A stretch of DNA of 39,866 nucleotides. Origin: Eubacteriales bacterium. GTDB lineage: Bacteria; Bacillota; Clostridia; Oscillospirales; JAAYXM01. Made by a program: the position numbers and the translations under genes. The notes beneath the pieces are model-generated. The model was not told the DNA's origin and did no database searches. It worked only from the letters and a program-made list of their open reading frames with translations. This document shows positions 25,575-35,739 of this stretch, one piece after another (the stretch's first letter is position 1; every line of letters starts with the position of its first letter). Location of the stretch: positions 1 through 39,866 of the forward strand of contig JAZQSI010000136.1 in NCBI GenBank assembly GCA_045629985.1, written 5' to 3'.

Positions 25575-26120
25575 TTATTTTGAAGCTTTGAGCACACCGC
25601 CAAAGCTCTTGAAATATTCGATTCCCGAAATAAGCGTAATTGCCGCAATGAGCCATACGACCACATCACCCGCTGTAAAATAAACAAGGCTTATTCCGCG
25701 AAGCGGAGTGAACAGGAAGATTATTCCTGCAATCTGCATAAATGTTTTGAGCTTGCCTGATTTCTGCGCGGCGATTACGATACCCTCGCCCATCGCAACG
25801 ATTCTAAGCGATGTAACTATGAGTTCACGCGCAATGATGATGAATGCAGGCACGCTCCCCATAACTCCCTTTTCGATAAGCACAAGCACTGCCGCAACGA
25901 CAAGAAGCTTATCAGCAAGAGGGTCAAGAAACTTTCCGAAAGTCGTTACCTGATTATATTTTCTCGCAATATAGCCGTCTATCCAGTCGGTAACACTTGC
26001 GAGGATAAAAATTCCGAGCGCTATGTATTCGCCGTAAGGGATTGCATTTACAAGTGCACATACTAAAAACAACGGGATGAGACAGATTCTTACTATTGAA
26101 ATTTTGTTAGCTGTGGTCAT
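25575..26120 (-). CDS. pgsA: CDP-diacylglycerol--glycerol-3-phosphate 3-phosphatidyltransferase
   Basis: CDP-alcohol phosphatidyltransferase motif [27 protein letters not shown]. 181 aa with multiple TM segments. Confidence 0.9.
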   Translation of the reverse strand: MTTANKISIVRICLIPLFLVCALVNAIPYGEYIALGIFILASVTDWIDGYIARKYNQVTTFGKFLDPLADKLLVVAAVLVLIEKGVMGSVPAFIIIARELIVTSLRIVAMGEGIVIAAQKSGKLKTFMQIAGIIFLFTPLRGISLVYFTAGDVVVWLIAAITLISGIEYFKSFGGVLKASK

Positions 26121-27454
26121 TGTTTTGTGACCTCCTTTATTTCTCCGAGAATGTCGCCATCAAGCTCCTCGGTAATCTCTACTTCAACAAATGTTCCGGG
26201 GCGGATTCCGCGTTTTCCGCTAAAGAAAACCTTTCCGTCAATTTCGGGAGAATCTGCAAAGCTTCTTCCGAAATAACACTCGCTGTATTTATCAAAACCC
26301 TCAGTGAGAACAGTCAGGATTTTTCCTATTCTGCCCTGGTTATATTCGTCCATAACTCTTGCCTGAAGCGCACCAACAAGCTCTGCCCGGTGTGCTTTTA
26401 CATCCTCATCCACCTGACCGTCAAGTGTAGCGGCACGGGTGTTCTCCTCACGCGAGTATGCAAACACTCCCGCACGTTCAATCTTTGCTTCTTTGAGGAA
26501 ATCACAGAGTTCTTCGAAATCCTCATCCGTCTCGCCCGGAAAACCTACGATAAGGCTCGTGCGGAGCACAACACCCGGGATTCTCTCGCGAAGCTTTTTG
26601 AACAGTGCTCGGATTTCATCTCCCGTGTCTTTTCTGTTCATCGCACGGAGAATGCGGTCGTTTATATGCTGAATTGGTATATCAAGATATTTTACTATCT
26701 TATCGTTTTTTGCGATAACATCGATAAGCTCATCGCTTATCTTGTCGGGATAGAGGTAGTGCACGCGTATCCAGGAAAGCTTCTCAATTTCGCAGAGTTT
26801 TGTAAGAAGCTCGGGGAGAAGGCTTTTTCCGCAAAGATCAATGCCATAACTTCCCGTGTCCTGAGCTACAACTATAAGCTCGCGCGCACCGCTTTCTGCA
26901 AGTGCCGCCGCCTCGTTTATCACCTCATCCATTTCACGGCTTCGAAGCTTGCCGCGAAGTCGTGGAATGACGCAGTATGAACAACAGTTAGAGCATCCTT
27001 CCGCAATTTTTATAAATGCAGTATATGGCGGTGTTGTAAGCACTCTTCCGCACTCAAGGGGAGCTTCATGGGGAGCTGCAAAGCTCTCCGCATACTCGCC
27101 ATTAAACACCTTTTTGCACACATCACAGATTTCAAGATAACTGCCGCAACCGACAAGAGCATCAATCTCCGGAAATTCTTCACGAAGCTCACTCTTTTTA
27201 AGCTCTGCAAGGCATCCCGTAACGATTACCTTTCCAACAGTGCCTTCACCTTTGAGTTCGATTGCTTCTCTTATGTACTCGTACGCTTCATCTCTTGCAT
27301 CACCGATGAAACCGCAAGTGTTTATAAGCACCGCATCAACATCGTTGAGCTCAACCGTCAGTTCATATCCCTCACTATCAAGAAGCGAGAGCATATGTTC
27401 GCAGTCAATCTGGTTTTTTGAACAACCGAGGGAAACTACGCCTATTTTTGCCAT
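26117..27454 (-). CDS. rimO: Ribosomal protein S12 methylthiotransferase RimO
   Basis: N-terminal LGCSKNQIDCE, the radical-SAM CSNCCSYC motif and a C-terminal TRAM domain. 445 aa. Confidence 0.9.
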   Translation of the reverse strand: MAKIGVVSLGCSKNQIDCEHMLSLLDSEGYELTVELNDVDAVLINTCGFIGDARDEAYEYIREAIELKGEGTVGKVIVTGCLAELKKSELREEFPEIDALVGCGSYLEICDVCKKVFNGEYAESFAAPHEAPLECGRVLTTPPYTAFIKIAEGCSNCCSYCVIPRLRGKLRSREMDEVINEAAALAESGARELIVVAQDTGSYGIDLCGKSLLPELLTKLCEIEKLSWIRVHYLYPDKISDELIDVIAKNDKIVKYLDIPIQHINDRILRAMNRKDTGDEIRALFKKLRERIPGVVLRTSLIVGFPGETDEDFEELCDFLKEAKIERAGVFAYSREENTRAATLDGQVDEDVKAHRAELVGALQARVMDEYNQGRIGKILTVLTEGFDKYSECYFGRSFADSPEIDGKVFFSGKRGIRPGTFVEVEITEELDGDILGEIKEVTKQ

Positions 27455-28056
27455 TAGTCAAAGTCCTCCGTTTCAAGAGCGGCCCGTATTTCATCATATT
27501 CGAAACCGCGGCGAATGAGAAATGCCACTATCTTTTTCTTCTTATCAGGGGTCAGCTCCTCACCGTGAAGTTTCTTTTCGATGAGGCCCCTTATCTCATC
27601 CGTAAAGTCAGGCAGCGACGCGGTCGCTTCTTCTGTCAGCTCCCGCGAGATCCCGCGGCGGTAAAGCTCATCTCTTATACGACGTTTTCCGTAACCTCGT
27701 GAGGTGTAGTACCTCACAAGTTCATCGGTATAAGCCTCATCATCGACAAAACCATGCTCGGAAAACCACGAAACCGCATCACGCGTATCCGTGTCCGAAA
27801 AGCCCTTGTCGCGAAGCTTCTTTGCAAGCTCACCTTCCGACATACTTCGTCTGGCAAGAGTTTTTGCCGCGCTTTTCTTTGCAAGAGTTTTTGAATATCT
27901 TGCAGAAAGCTCTTCGGCACGCTCCGCCGTAATCTCGTCGCCCACGCGAAGGTTCAGTGCATCATCAACGCAGGCGGAGATATACTCTCCGCACTCCGTT
28001 CTGATGACGAGTTTTTCCTTGTCGCGCCTGCCAACCTTTATGCTTTCAATTTTCAT
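27454..28056 (-). CDS. recX: Recombination regulator RecX
   Basis: 200-aa helical-repeat protein located directly after recA. Its composition is typical of RecX. Confidence 0.85.
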   Translation of the reverse strand: MKIESIKVGRRDKEKLVIRTECGEYISACVDDALNLRVGDEITAERAEELSARYSKTLAKKSAAKTLARRSMSEGELAKKLRDKGFSDTDTRDAVSWFSEHGFVDDEAYTDELVRYYTSRGYGKRRIRDELYRRGISRELTEEATASLPDFTDEIRGLIEKKLHGEELTPDKKKKIVAFLIRRGFEYDEIRAALETEDFD

Positions 28057-28066
28057 TCAAACTTTC

Positions 28067-29125
28067 TTATCCTTCGAAATCATCAGCATCAACGCTTACA
28101 CCCTTGCCTGCCGCAACTGTCGGCTTGCGCTCGGGGATCGCTGTGATTTCGTCATACTTTGCACGGACCTGTGCCTCAACATTCGCCGCAACGTCGGGGT
28201 TATCAATGAGGAACTGCTTTGCGCTGTCTCTGCCCTGACCGAGGCGTGTCTCGCCCATGTTGAACCATGAACCGCTCTTCTGGATAATGTCAAACTTTAC
28301 TGCGAGGTCGAGAATTTCGCCAACCTTTGAAATACCCTGGCCGTAGATGATGTCAAACTCACCCGACTTGAAAGGAGGAGAAACTTTGTTCTTTACAACC
28401 TTTGCACGGGTGCGGTTGCCGATAAACTCGGAACCATTCTTGAGCGTCTCAATTCTTCTGATATCAATTCGTACGCTTGAGTAGTACTTGAGCGCATGGC
28501 CGCCCGTTGTAACCTCGGGGTTACCGTACATAACGCCGACCTTCTCACGAAGCTGATTGATAAAGATTGCAACACAGTTTGCCTTTGAAATTGCACCTGC
28601 GAGTTTTCTCATCGCCTTTGACATAAGTCGTGCGTGAGCACCAACGAGTGCATCGCCCATCTCTCCCTCAATCTCCGCACGCGGAACAAGAGCCGCAACA
28701 GAGTCGATAACGATAATGTCGATAGCGTTTGAACGGACAAGTGCCTCTGCAATTTCGAGCGCATCCTCACCTGCATCAGGCTGGGATACGATGAGGCTGT
28801 CGATATCAACACCGAGAGCCTTCGCATATACGGGGTCGAGCGCATGCTCAACATCGACAAACGCTGCCTCGCCGCCGAGTTTCTGGGCTTCAGCTACTGC
28901 GTGAAGCGCGACGGTTGTCTTACCTGATGATTCAGGTCCGTACATCTCAATGATTCTTCCGCGCGGAAGTCCGCCGACACCGAGGGCGAGGTCGAGCGTG
29001 AGCGAACCTGTAGAAATACAGCTTACATTCATGCTTGACTTGTCACCGAGGCGAACAACCGTACCTTTTCCGAACTGTTTTTCAATCTGGCTTATTGCCG
29101 TTTCCAATGCTTTTTCTTTTTCCAT
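28067..29125 (-). CDS. recA: Recombinase RecA
   Basis: GPESSGKTT Walker A and full-length similarity to RecA. Confidence 0.95.
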   Translation of the reverse strand: MEKEKALETAISQIEKQFGKGTVVRLGDKSSMNVSCISTGSLTLDLALGVGGLPRGRIIEMYGPESSGKTTVALHAVAEAQKLGGEAAFVDVEHALDPVYAKALGVDIDSLIVSQPDAGEDALEIAEALVRSNAIDIIVIDSVAALVPRAEIEGEMGDALVGAHARLMSKAMRKLAGAISKANCVAIFINQLREKVGVMYGNPEVTTGGHALKYYSSVRIDIRRIETLKNGSEFIGNRTRAKVVKNKVSPPFKSGEFDIIYGQGISKVGEILDLAVKFDIIQKSGSWFNMGETRLGQGRDSAKQFLIDNPDVAANVEAQVRAKYDEITAIPERKPTVAAGKGVSVDADDFEG

Positions 29126-29157
29126 ATCTTAATCACTCCCGTTAATTTTTCACTTTT

Positions 29158-30006
29158 TTATTTAATGCAGGATACAACCCTGTTTGCACCCGCTGTATCG
29201 CGTGATGTCTGAATAGACTTCATTCCATACTCTGCAAGAAGTTTCTCAAGTGCTGAACTTTGCCCTATGCCACACTCAAACGCAAGCACGCCTCCATCCT
29301 TGAGTGCCGAAAGCCAGTTGTCACAGATGGCGCGGTAAAAGTCAAGCCCGTCTTCTCCTCCTGCAAGAGCCGATGTCGGTTCAAATTCCCTTACCGATTT
29401 ATCAAGCTCAAGCATCTCCGCATCTGTGATATACGGCGGATTTGAAACAATAACATCAAAGCTTCCGATGTTCTGTGGCGGTTCCTTTGTCATATCAGCC
29501 GAAATACACGAAAGACGCGAGGAAAGCTTCTGGTTATAAACATTCTCCTTTGCGACAGCGAGCGCACCTTCTGATATATCGGCAAGCACCCCGCGCGAGC
29601 CTGTACGCATTGCACCAAGTGCTATACCTACACAGCCACTTCCGCAACCAATGTCTAAAAATCTGAATGCGCCGTCAGCTCGCCTGAGCACACAATCGAC
29701 AAGTGCCTCAGTGTCTGATCGCGGAATAAGAACATCAGGTGTAATCTTGAGCGTTATTCCGTAAAACTCCCATTCTCCAAGAATGTATGCAAGTGGCTCG
29801 CCAGAACAACGGCGGAGCGCGATGGTCGCCGCAGTTGTTGCAACATCTGCCGATGCGTGGAGATATTTGTCGCGGACAAATTCCTCGCGGCTCTTGCCCG
29901 TTACGAAGCGGATGATTTCAAAAGCCTCAAGCTCTGCCATATTTATTTTCTCGTGAGTAAGCTTACGCCTGACATCGAGATAAACATCATTGTATGTCGT
30001 AAACAT
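29158..30006 (-). CDS. prmC: Peptide chain release factor N5-glutamine methyltransferase PrmC/HemK
   Basis: DIGCGSGC SAM-binding motif and the NPPY catalytic motif (VSNPPY). Confidence 0.9.
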   Translation of the reverse strand: MFTTYNDVYLDVRRKLTHEKINMAELEAFEIIRFVTGKSREEFVRDKYLHASADVATTAATIALRRCSGEPLAYILGEWEFYGITLKITPDVLIPRSDTEALVDCVLRRADGAFRFLDIGCGSGCVGIALGAMRTGSRGVLADISEGALAVAKENVYNQKLSSRLSCISADMTKEPPQNIGSFDVIVSNPPYITDAEMLELDKSVREFEPTSALAGGEDGLDFYRAICDNWLSALKDGGVLAFECGIGQSSALEKLLAEYGMKSIQTSRDTAGANRVVSCIK

Positions 30007-30020
30007 TTTCTAACTGTCCT

Positions 30021-30962
30021 TTACCATTTATCGCTCTCGCTATCCTCCGGGATAACTGCCCTAAGCGCCGTAATTGCAACCTCTATCATACTGTCGTCCG
30101 GTTCAAAAGTCGTAAACTTCTGGAACCATACGCCCGGAGCGCGGAAAATGCGAGTGAACCAGTTGTCGTATCTTCCGAGAAGACGATTTACCTCATAGCT
30201 TATTCCCATAACAACCGGGAGAAGAACAAGGCGGAGTGCAAGTCTTATATACATATTCGACCAGCTTACAACCGAAAAAACGAGGATGCTTATAATCATT
30301 ACCGAAAAAAGAAAGCTTGTTCCGCAACGCGGGTGCTCTTTTGAGAACTTTCTGACGTTCTCTACTGTAAGTTCATCTCCTGCCTCGTAGCAGAAAATCG
30401 TCTTATGCTCTGCACCGTGGTATGCAAAAACTCTCTGCATATCTTTCATTCGAGATATTCCGAACATGTATGCAAGGAAAATGATTATTCTGAAAACTCC
30501 CTCAAGAATATTGCGGAGGAAATTCATTTCAACAACACCGTCAAGAAGTCCCGCAAGAATTGTCGGCAGGAAGATAAACAGGAGAAGCGACAGTCCTACT
30601 CCAAGCACCATGGCGATTCCCATAACAATTTTCTCAACTGCGCCGCTGCCGAGTTTGGACGATAGCCACTTTTCAAACTTTGACTCTTCCTCTTCTCCCT
30701 CCATCGCAATTGACGAGGAATATTCAAGCGCCGCAAAACCACGCCTGAGTGAATCGAAAAGTCCTACAACGCCGCGGACAAACGGAAATGAGAGAAATTT
30801 ATTCTTATCTGCAAGGCGAGCTTTCTCCTCTGTTTTCAGAACGATCTCGCCCTGAGGATTTCGCACGGCTAGCGCACCGCGTTCGGGACCGAGCATCATG
30901 ATTCCCTCAATCAGCGCCTGACCGCCTATTGTTGTCTTTTTGCAACATTTGTTATCGCTCAT
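30021..30962 (-). CDS. DUF1385 domain-containing membrane protein
   Basis: IGGQALIEGIMM N-terminal signature. It occupies the usual position upstream of prmC in Firmicutes. Confidence 0.85.
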   Translation of the reverse strand: MSDNKCCKKTTIGGQALIEGIMMLGPERGALAVRNPQGEIVLKTEEKARLADKNKFLSFPFVRGVVGLFDSLRRGFAALEYSSSIAMEGEEEESKFEKWLSSKLGSGAVEKIVMGIAMVLGVGLSLLLFIFLPTILAGLLDGVVEMNFLRNILEGVFRIIIFLAYMFGISRMKDMQRVFAYHGAEHKTIFCYEAGDELTVENVRKFSKEHPRCGTSFLFSVMIISILVFSVVSWSNMYIRLALRLVLLPVVMGISYEVNRLLGRYDNWFTRIFRAPGVWFQKFTTFEPDDSMIEVAITALRAVIPEDSESDKW

Positions 30963-30967
30963 ATACG

Positions 30968-32392
30968 CTACCTTTCTTCAATCTCCTTTATCGGAAGGTT
31001 GATTGTTATCGTTGTTCCCTCTCCGAGCGTACTCTCGATATCGAGAGTGCCGCCGTGGAGATTTATGATTTCGTCGCTGACAGCAAGGCCGATGCCGTTG
31101 CCGTGAGCTCTTGATTTTCCCTTATAGAACTTGACCTTAACATACGGCAAATCTTCTTCCGAGATGCCTTCGCCGTAATCGCGGATAACGAGCTTTGCAA
31201 ACTTTCCGTCACGGAAAAGGCTGATGTCGAGTTTTTTGTTTTCTCCACCATGTTTGATTGCGTTGTCGATGATATTGAAGAAAACCTGCTTCAATCGCTC
31301 GCAGTCACCATTTATGAATATATCATCTTCTTCGTCGTGAGAATAGTTCATTTCGACCTTTTCTCTGCGGAAAGTTTCAGCATACATGAAGAGAGTTTCC
31401 TCAAGTTCTGCTTTAATATCCACGGTATCAACATAAAGCGTAAATCTTCCGCTCTCCATTCTTGCGAAGTCGAGAAGCTCTTCAACCATTTTTGAAAGGC
31501 GACGTGTTTCCTTTAAGATTATCTCTACGCCTCGGCGTGTCTCCTCGGGATCTTCCGTGCCGACGGTTGTGAGCGTCTCTCCCCATCCAATGATTGCAGT
31601 AAGCGGGGTTCGGAGTTCGTGCGAAACTGAAGAAATAAACTCGTTCTTGATTTTGTCGGCACGTGCAATCTCTGCTGACATCTCATTTATCGAATCAACA
31701 AGCTCGCCTATCTCATCGTCATACTTTTTATCGATAACCGCACCATATCCTCCTCCTGCAATCTTGTTTGAAATATCAATAACCTCGCGGAGCGGAGAGA
31801 TGATTGAACGGAGAAACATTCTGTTGGATATGAACACTACAACAAGCATCAATATGCCGACAAATGTCCCGAGAAGAGATATGATAACGATTCTTCTGTC
31901 AACACGGCGCAAGCTGGTTACATATCGGATAACGCCTATGACATCGCTGTCGCCCGACACGAGCGGGCTTGAAACGCTCATAATTCTCTCGCCCGTCTGA
32001 GGGTCGCGTCCCATGTAAGTAGCAGTGGCATTTTTTGCGACAGCCTCCGAAATGTCAGGGCTCTGCGGCATCATCCCTGCAGGAAGTCCCGACGATGACA
32101 TAACGACACGTCCGTTTGCAAAGAGAATCTGGCGTTCAACATTGTCAAGACTTGCAGTCGGCGAAACCTGCCGTTTTGCATTTGCGTAGAAAGAATCAAC
32201 ACTGGAGGCAAGGTCAACACTGAAATACTGAGCGCTCATTTTGGCGCTGTTGGTAAGACTTGTACGGATATTCACGTAATAATAATTCATTACGGTTACC
32301 GAAAAGACAATTACGCAGACCGCAATCGTAAGCGCGACATAAAGAAGATTGTTTACCATCCAACGTCTGCGAAGTCCTGTTTTCTTCTGCAT
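30968..32392 (-). CDS. Two-component sensor histidine kinase (2 TM, HAMP, HisKA, HATPase_c)
   Basis: H-box SHELRTPLTAI, N-box NAIKH and G-boxes DYGEGI / GNGIGL. Confidence 0.9.
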   Translation of the reverse strand: MQKKTGLRRRWMVNNLLYVALTIAVCVIVFSVTVMNYYYVNIRTSLTNSAKMSAQYFSVDLASSVDSFYANAKRQVSPTASLDNVERQILFANGRVVMSSSGLPAGMMPQSPDISEAVAKNATATYMGRDPQTGERIMSVSSPLVSGDSDVIGVIRYVTSLRRVDRRIVIISLLGTFVGILMLVVVFISNRMFLRSIISPLREVIDISNKIAGGGYGAVIDKKYDDEIGELVDSINEMSAEIARADKIKNEFISSVSHELRTPLTAIIGWGETLTTVGTEDPEETRRGVEIILKETRRLSKMVEELLDFARMESGRFTLYVDTVDIKAELEETLFMYAETFRREKVEMNYSHDEEDDIFINGDCERLKQVFFNIIDNAIKHGGENKKLDISLFRDGKFAKLVIRDYGEGISEEDLPYVKVKFYKGKSRAHGNGIGLAVSDEIINLHGGTLDIESTLGEGTTITINLPIKEIEER

Positions 32393-32427
32393 TTACCTTT
32401 CCTCCTTTCAAGTTTTTTAGTATCAAT

Positions 32428-33126
32428 TTACGAATTCCACTTATATCCGAATCCCCAGACCGTCTGAATATATCCCGGAAGTGCAGGGTCATCTTCAATT
32501 TTTATCCTGAGACGTCTGATGTTTACGTCAACTATCTTGAGTTCTCCGTCATAGTCGCTTCCCCACACGGCATTGAGCATATCCTCGCGGGAAATTGCGC
32601 GGTCGGGGTTCTCGAGAAAATATCTCATTATCGTATATTCAACCTGAGTGAGACGGATTCTCTTTCCGTTTTTATCAAGAGTACGGTTTCTCGTATTGAG
32701 CTCAAACGGACCGCTTGTCAGCCGTGCGCTGTCCTCACCTATTACGCCGTCAAGTCTTCTGTAGAGCGCATCTATTCTCGCGATAAGCTCCGTCGGTGAA
32801 AAAGGCTTGGTGACGTAGTCATCAGCACCCGTCATAAGTCCCGTTACGCGGTCAACCTCCTGCGTGCGCGCCGTCAGCATTATTATTCCGATTTTCGAGC
32901 CTTTAGAGCGAATCCTGCGGCAGAGTTCAAAACCGTCAATACCCGGAAGCATAATATCAAAAAGGGCAACGCCTATACCCGGTTCTCTTGCAAGAATCTC
33001 AAGCGCATCTTCGCCGGAACCTGCCTCGCAGACCTCATAGCCCGCACGGGTAAGATTTATAACTATAAAACTTCTTATGCTGTCTTCATCCTCAACAACG
33101 AGTATCTTTTTCTTTGTGCTCACCAC
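32428..33126 (-). CDS. OmpR/PhoB-family response regulator
   Basis: Receiver domain (VVEDED...DIMLPGIDG...) plus a winged-helix domain ending in GFGYKW. Confidence 0.9.
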   Translation of the reverse strand: MVSTKKKILVVEDEDSIRSFIVINLTRAGYEVCEAGSGEDALEILAREPGIGVALFDIMLPGIDGFELCRRIRSKGSKIGIIMLTARTQEVDRVTGLMTGADDYVTKPFSPTELIARIDALYRRLDGVIGEDSARLTSGPFELNTRNRTLDKNGKRIRLTQVEYTIMRYFLENPDRAISREDMLNAVWGSDYDGELKIVDVNIRRLRIKIEDDPALPGYIQTVWGFGYKWNS

Positions 33127-33163
33127 AAAACCTCCTTCGGGCGCTGTATCCTTGGTGTATTTC

Positions 33164-34474
33164 TTACGCGAACAAAATCTCCGAAGCCCAGTCGCTCTTT
33201 CTGTTCTTGAAAGCTTCCTTTAAGAAAGCTTCGTCTATCGTTTCACCGAGATATCCGGTGCTTATTATCTCTGCTGCAAACGCCATATCTTCGCGCTCGG
33301 ATATAATTACGTTTCCTCCGTCTGCCGCAAGCGCCGAAGCATTGCTTCCTTTGCAGACGTAAATGTTGAACAGCGGTGCCTCAACATATGTTTCGGTATC
33401 GTCGTCTATCCCCTCGCGGGTGAAGAAGCTGATCTTTGCCCTGCGCGAATCCAGCACCTCGCGACGCGCAAACACCGTTTTGCCCCAGGAAGTCGGCATT
33501 GAAAGATACCAGTTCTCCGCAAAAGAGTGGTAAGTAAACGCCACATGCATCATAACGCCGTTGTTATCTATGCTTCTCCAGATATATGTTCTGTCGGTTG
33601 AGTATCCCTCATTCTTCTCCGTTTCCTGCGGAATTTCAATTCTTCCGTCGTTGTTGATATCCGCACAGAGCGCACGAACGCCGCATATGTCACCGTCAGG
33701 AAGAATATTAACATAGTTGCCATTTTCGAAGATGACCGTATCGGTGATGATTCCCTCTGCTGACTCGCGCTCAATGAATGCACCGTTAACCGACTCTGAA
33801 ACCTTACCGCTGAGGATTCGTATAACCTTGCCCTCGTGCTGCGACAATGCCACAGAAGCAACTTTTAAAATCTCTTCCGACTTTTCTGAATATATATCTG
33901 CATACGCCCTGCCGTCGCGCTTTGTAACCGCGAGGAGCTCGTTTGCACCGTCACCACTTATGTCGCTGACCGAAAACTCACCGGCCGAAATATCAAGCGT
34001 CTTTTCCATACCGTCAGTTGTGAGAGTGTGCGCCGTTATGGGATGATTCTCATCCTCTTCCGCGCCCCATTTTACTATGAGCTCATAGCCGTCGCCGCCG
34101 AGCATCTTGGAATATGAAACCGTATAGATATCCTTTTCTCTGCCCTCAATGACATCAAAAAGAGTAAACACCGAGTCTGTCTGTTCGAAGATGTATATAT
34201 AGGTTTTGTAACTGCCGAGAACATCGCGCAGGAAAACTATGCCCTCATCCTCTCCGTTGCCGTCAAGGTCAACAAGCTGAACGGGATAACGGTTAACTCC
34301 CGAGCGCGGCTCGGCAAATTCAAACCCGTCAAGACAGACCTGCGAAACGGTTTCAAGAAGCGCGCCCTGCGTTTCGGGCATTTCGGGCAGAGCAAAAATT
34401 CCCGACTGTGCGTTCCCGCCGCAACCCGAGAGAAAAAGAACCAATATCAGAGCTAATAAACAAACTTTTTTCAT
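33164..34474 (-). CDS. Lipoprotein with FG-GAP/VCBS-like DxDxDG repeats
   Basis: Lipobox LFLSGC, plus DLDGNGEDE, DISGDGANE and DINNDGRIE motifs. Confidence 0.75.
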   Translation of the reverse strand: MKKVCLLALILVLFLSGCGGNAQSGIFALPEMPETQGALLETVSQVCLDGFEFAEPRSGVNRYPVQLVDLDGNGEDEGIVFLRDVLGSYKTYIYIFEQTDSVFTLFDVIEGREKDIYTVSYSKMLGGDGYELIVKWGAEEDENHPITAHTLTTDGMEKTLDISAGEFSVSDISGDGANELLAVTKRDGRAYADIYSEKSEEILKVASVALSQHEGKVIRILSGKVSESVNGAFIERESAEGIITDTVIFENGNYVNILPDGDICGVRALCADINNDGRIEIPQETEKNEGYSTDRTYIWRSIDNNGVMMHVAFTYHSFAENWYLSMPTSWGKTVFARREVLDSRRAKISFFTREGIDDDTETYVEAPLFNIYVCKGSNASALAADGGNVIISEREDMAFAAEIISTGYLGETIDEAFLKEAFKNRKSDWASEILFA

Positions 34475-34527
34475 AGCGGAATCTCTCTGCCTCCTTCTTT
34501 AAAAATGCTTATACTTATTCAGTAATA

Positions 34528-34556
34528 ATTATATTACAAAACGCAGAAAAACACAA
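34528..34556 (-). promoter_or_regulatory. Putative promoter of the lipoprotein / two-component-system gene run
   Basis: On the minus strand, TTGTGT (34556-34551), 17 nt spacer, TATAAT (34533-34528). Confidence 0.4.
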
Positions 34557-34590
34557 TATAAAATAACGAAAAATTTCCGTGAAATAAAGC

Positions 34591-34618
34591 AAAAAACCGC
34601 AGATTTTCATCTGCGGTC
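34591..34618 (-). terminator. Intrinsic terminator after the DUF2974 gene
   Basis: ACCGCAGAT-TTTC-ATCTGCGGT stem followed by a T6 run on the minus strand. Confidence 0.65.
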
Positions 34619-34630
34619 AAAAATATTCTT

Positions 34631-35716
34631 TTATCGTTTCTGCAGTTGCTTATAAAGCGTGTTTTTCGCACTCCCTGCGAGTGAGCGAAATGCCTCAAAA
34701 ATAAGCTTTTTCGTCTCATTGTCAAGCCCTCTGAAAGTATTCAGTATTGAGAGCGCGTTTCCGAGTCGGTTCTCCGAAAGCTCCGTCACGGTTTCTGCAT
34801 TCGTGCCTGATACAATCTCGTATAGCGCATCAACGAGAAGCTCGCGCTTGTCAATCGGCATTTTGCGTATCCATTCTTTGAGCGTTATATCGAGAAAACG
34901 GCTTGCATCCGTAACTTTCTGGAGATACCTGAACTTATCCCGCTCAACTACCCACGAATATGTATCGTGTTGCAAAAGTCCCTGGTATGTGCTGTCAACA
35001 ATCGTGTACTCCTCCTCATGGAAAAGCAGAAGACCTATGACAGAAGACTTCGGAACGAATGTATCAACACGGCCGCGTATCGCGAGGAATTCAGGCGTTC
35101 CAAGCACGTTTTCGTCGAACCCCGGTCCGTCAAAATTCTGAACGCCCAGAATTCTCCCCTGCACCCTCGGTTTTGAGAACGCCGCGGCATACACCGCGAG
35201 ATTTCCTCCCTTTGAATGACCGCCGAGAATGATTTTTCCGTGCACTTTTCTTGCAACTTTTGCGACATACTCAGTCGCAAGCCTCTGTGCCGGCACTGGG
35301 AACGTGAAGCTCATATTGAAATCTTCTTTCCAACCGACCAGAGTATCGTCCGTACCGCGGAAAGCTATGTAATAAAGGTCGTGGGCGAGCTTTACCGTAA
35401 CAGCAGAAAACTGCGTTTCACTCTCCGTATCTATTGTGTCTTCATATCCGAAAACGGAAAGAGAAGCAAATCTGTCGCTTTGGAGAAATCCCTCTATCAC
35501 AAGCTTGTCGTCCTTATGGACAAGGTGACTCTCAAGCTCTTTGTGAGCGAGCATTTTTTCGCATGCCTCGGAAATTTTCATCGGGAACTTCCCCTCCGCA
35601 AGCTCAAACGGCGCATAAGCAAAGCGCGAAAGAAGCATCCCGTCAACCTCGTTGAACCCTGCAACGGAAAACGGAATATCTCCTCGCCACGCGAGATAAT
35701 CAAAACAATTTGCCAT
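34631..35716 (-). CDS. DUF2974 (Mbeg1-like) alpha/beta hydrolase / lipase-like protein
   Basis: MANCFDYLAWRGD N-terminus, FRGTDDTLVGWKEDF and GGHSKGGNLA. I chose the ATG at 35716 because AGGAGG lies upstream. Confidence 0.8.
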   Translation of the reverse strand: MANCFDYLAWRGDIPFSVAGFNEVDGMLLSRFAYAPFELAEGKFPMKISEACEKMLAHKELESHLVHKDDKLVIEGFLQSDRFASLSVFGYEDTIDTESETQFSAVTVKLAHDLYYIAFRGTDDTLVGWKEDFNMSFTFPVPAQRLATEYVAKVARKVHGKIILGGHSKGGNLAVYAAAFSKPRVQGRILGVQNFDGPGFDENVLGTPEFLAIRGRVDTFVPKSSVIGLLLFHEEEYTIVDSTYQGLLQHDTYSWVVERDKFRYLQKVTDASRFLDITLKEWIRKMPIDKRELLVDALYEIVSGTNAETVTELSENRLGNALSILNTFRGLDNETKKLIFEAFRSLAGSAKNTLYKQLQKR

Positions 35717-35739
35717 AGCGTGCACCTCCTGCATCAAGT

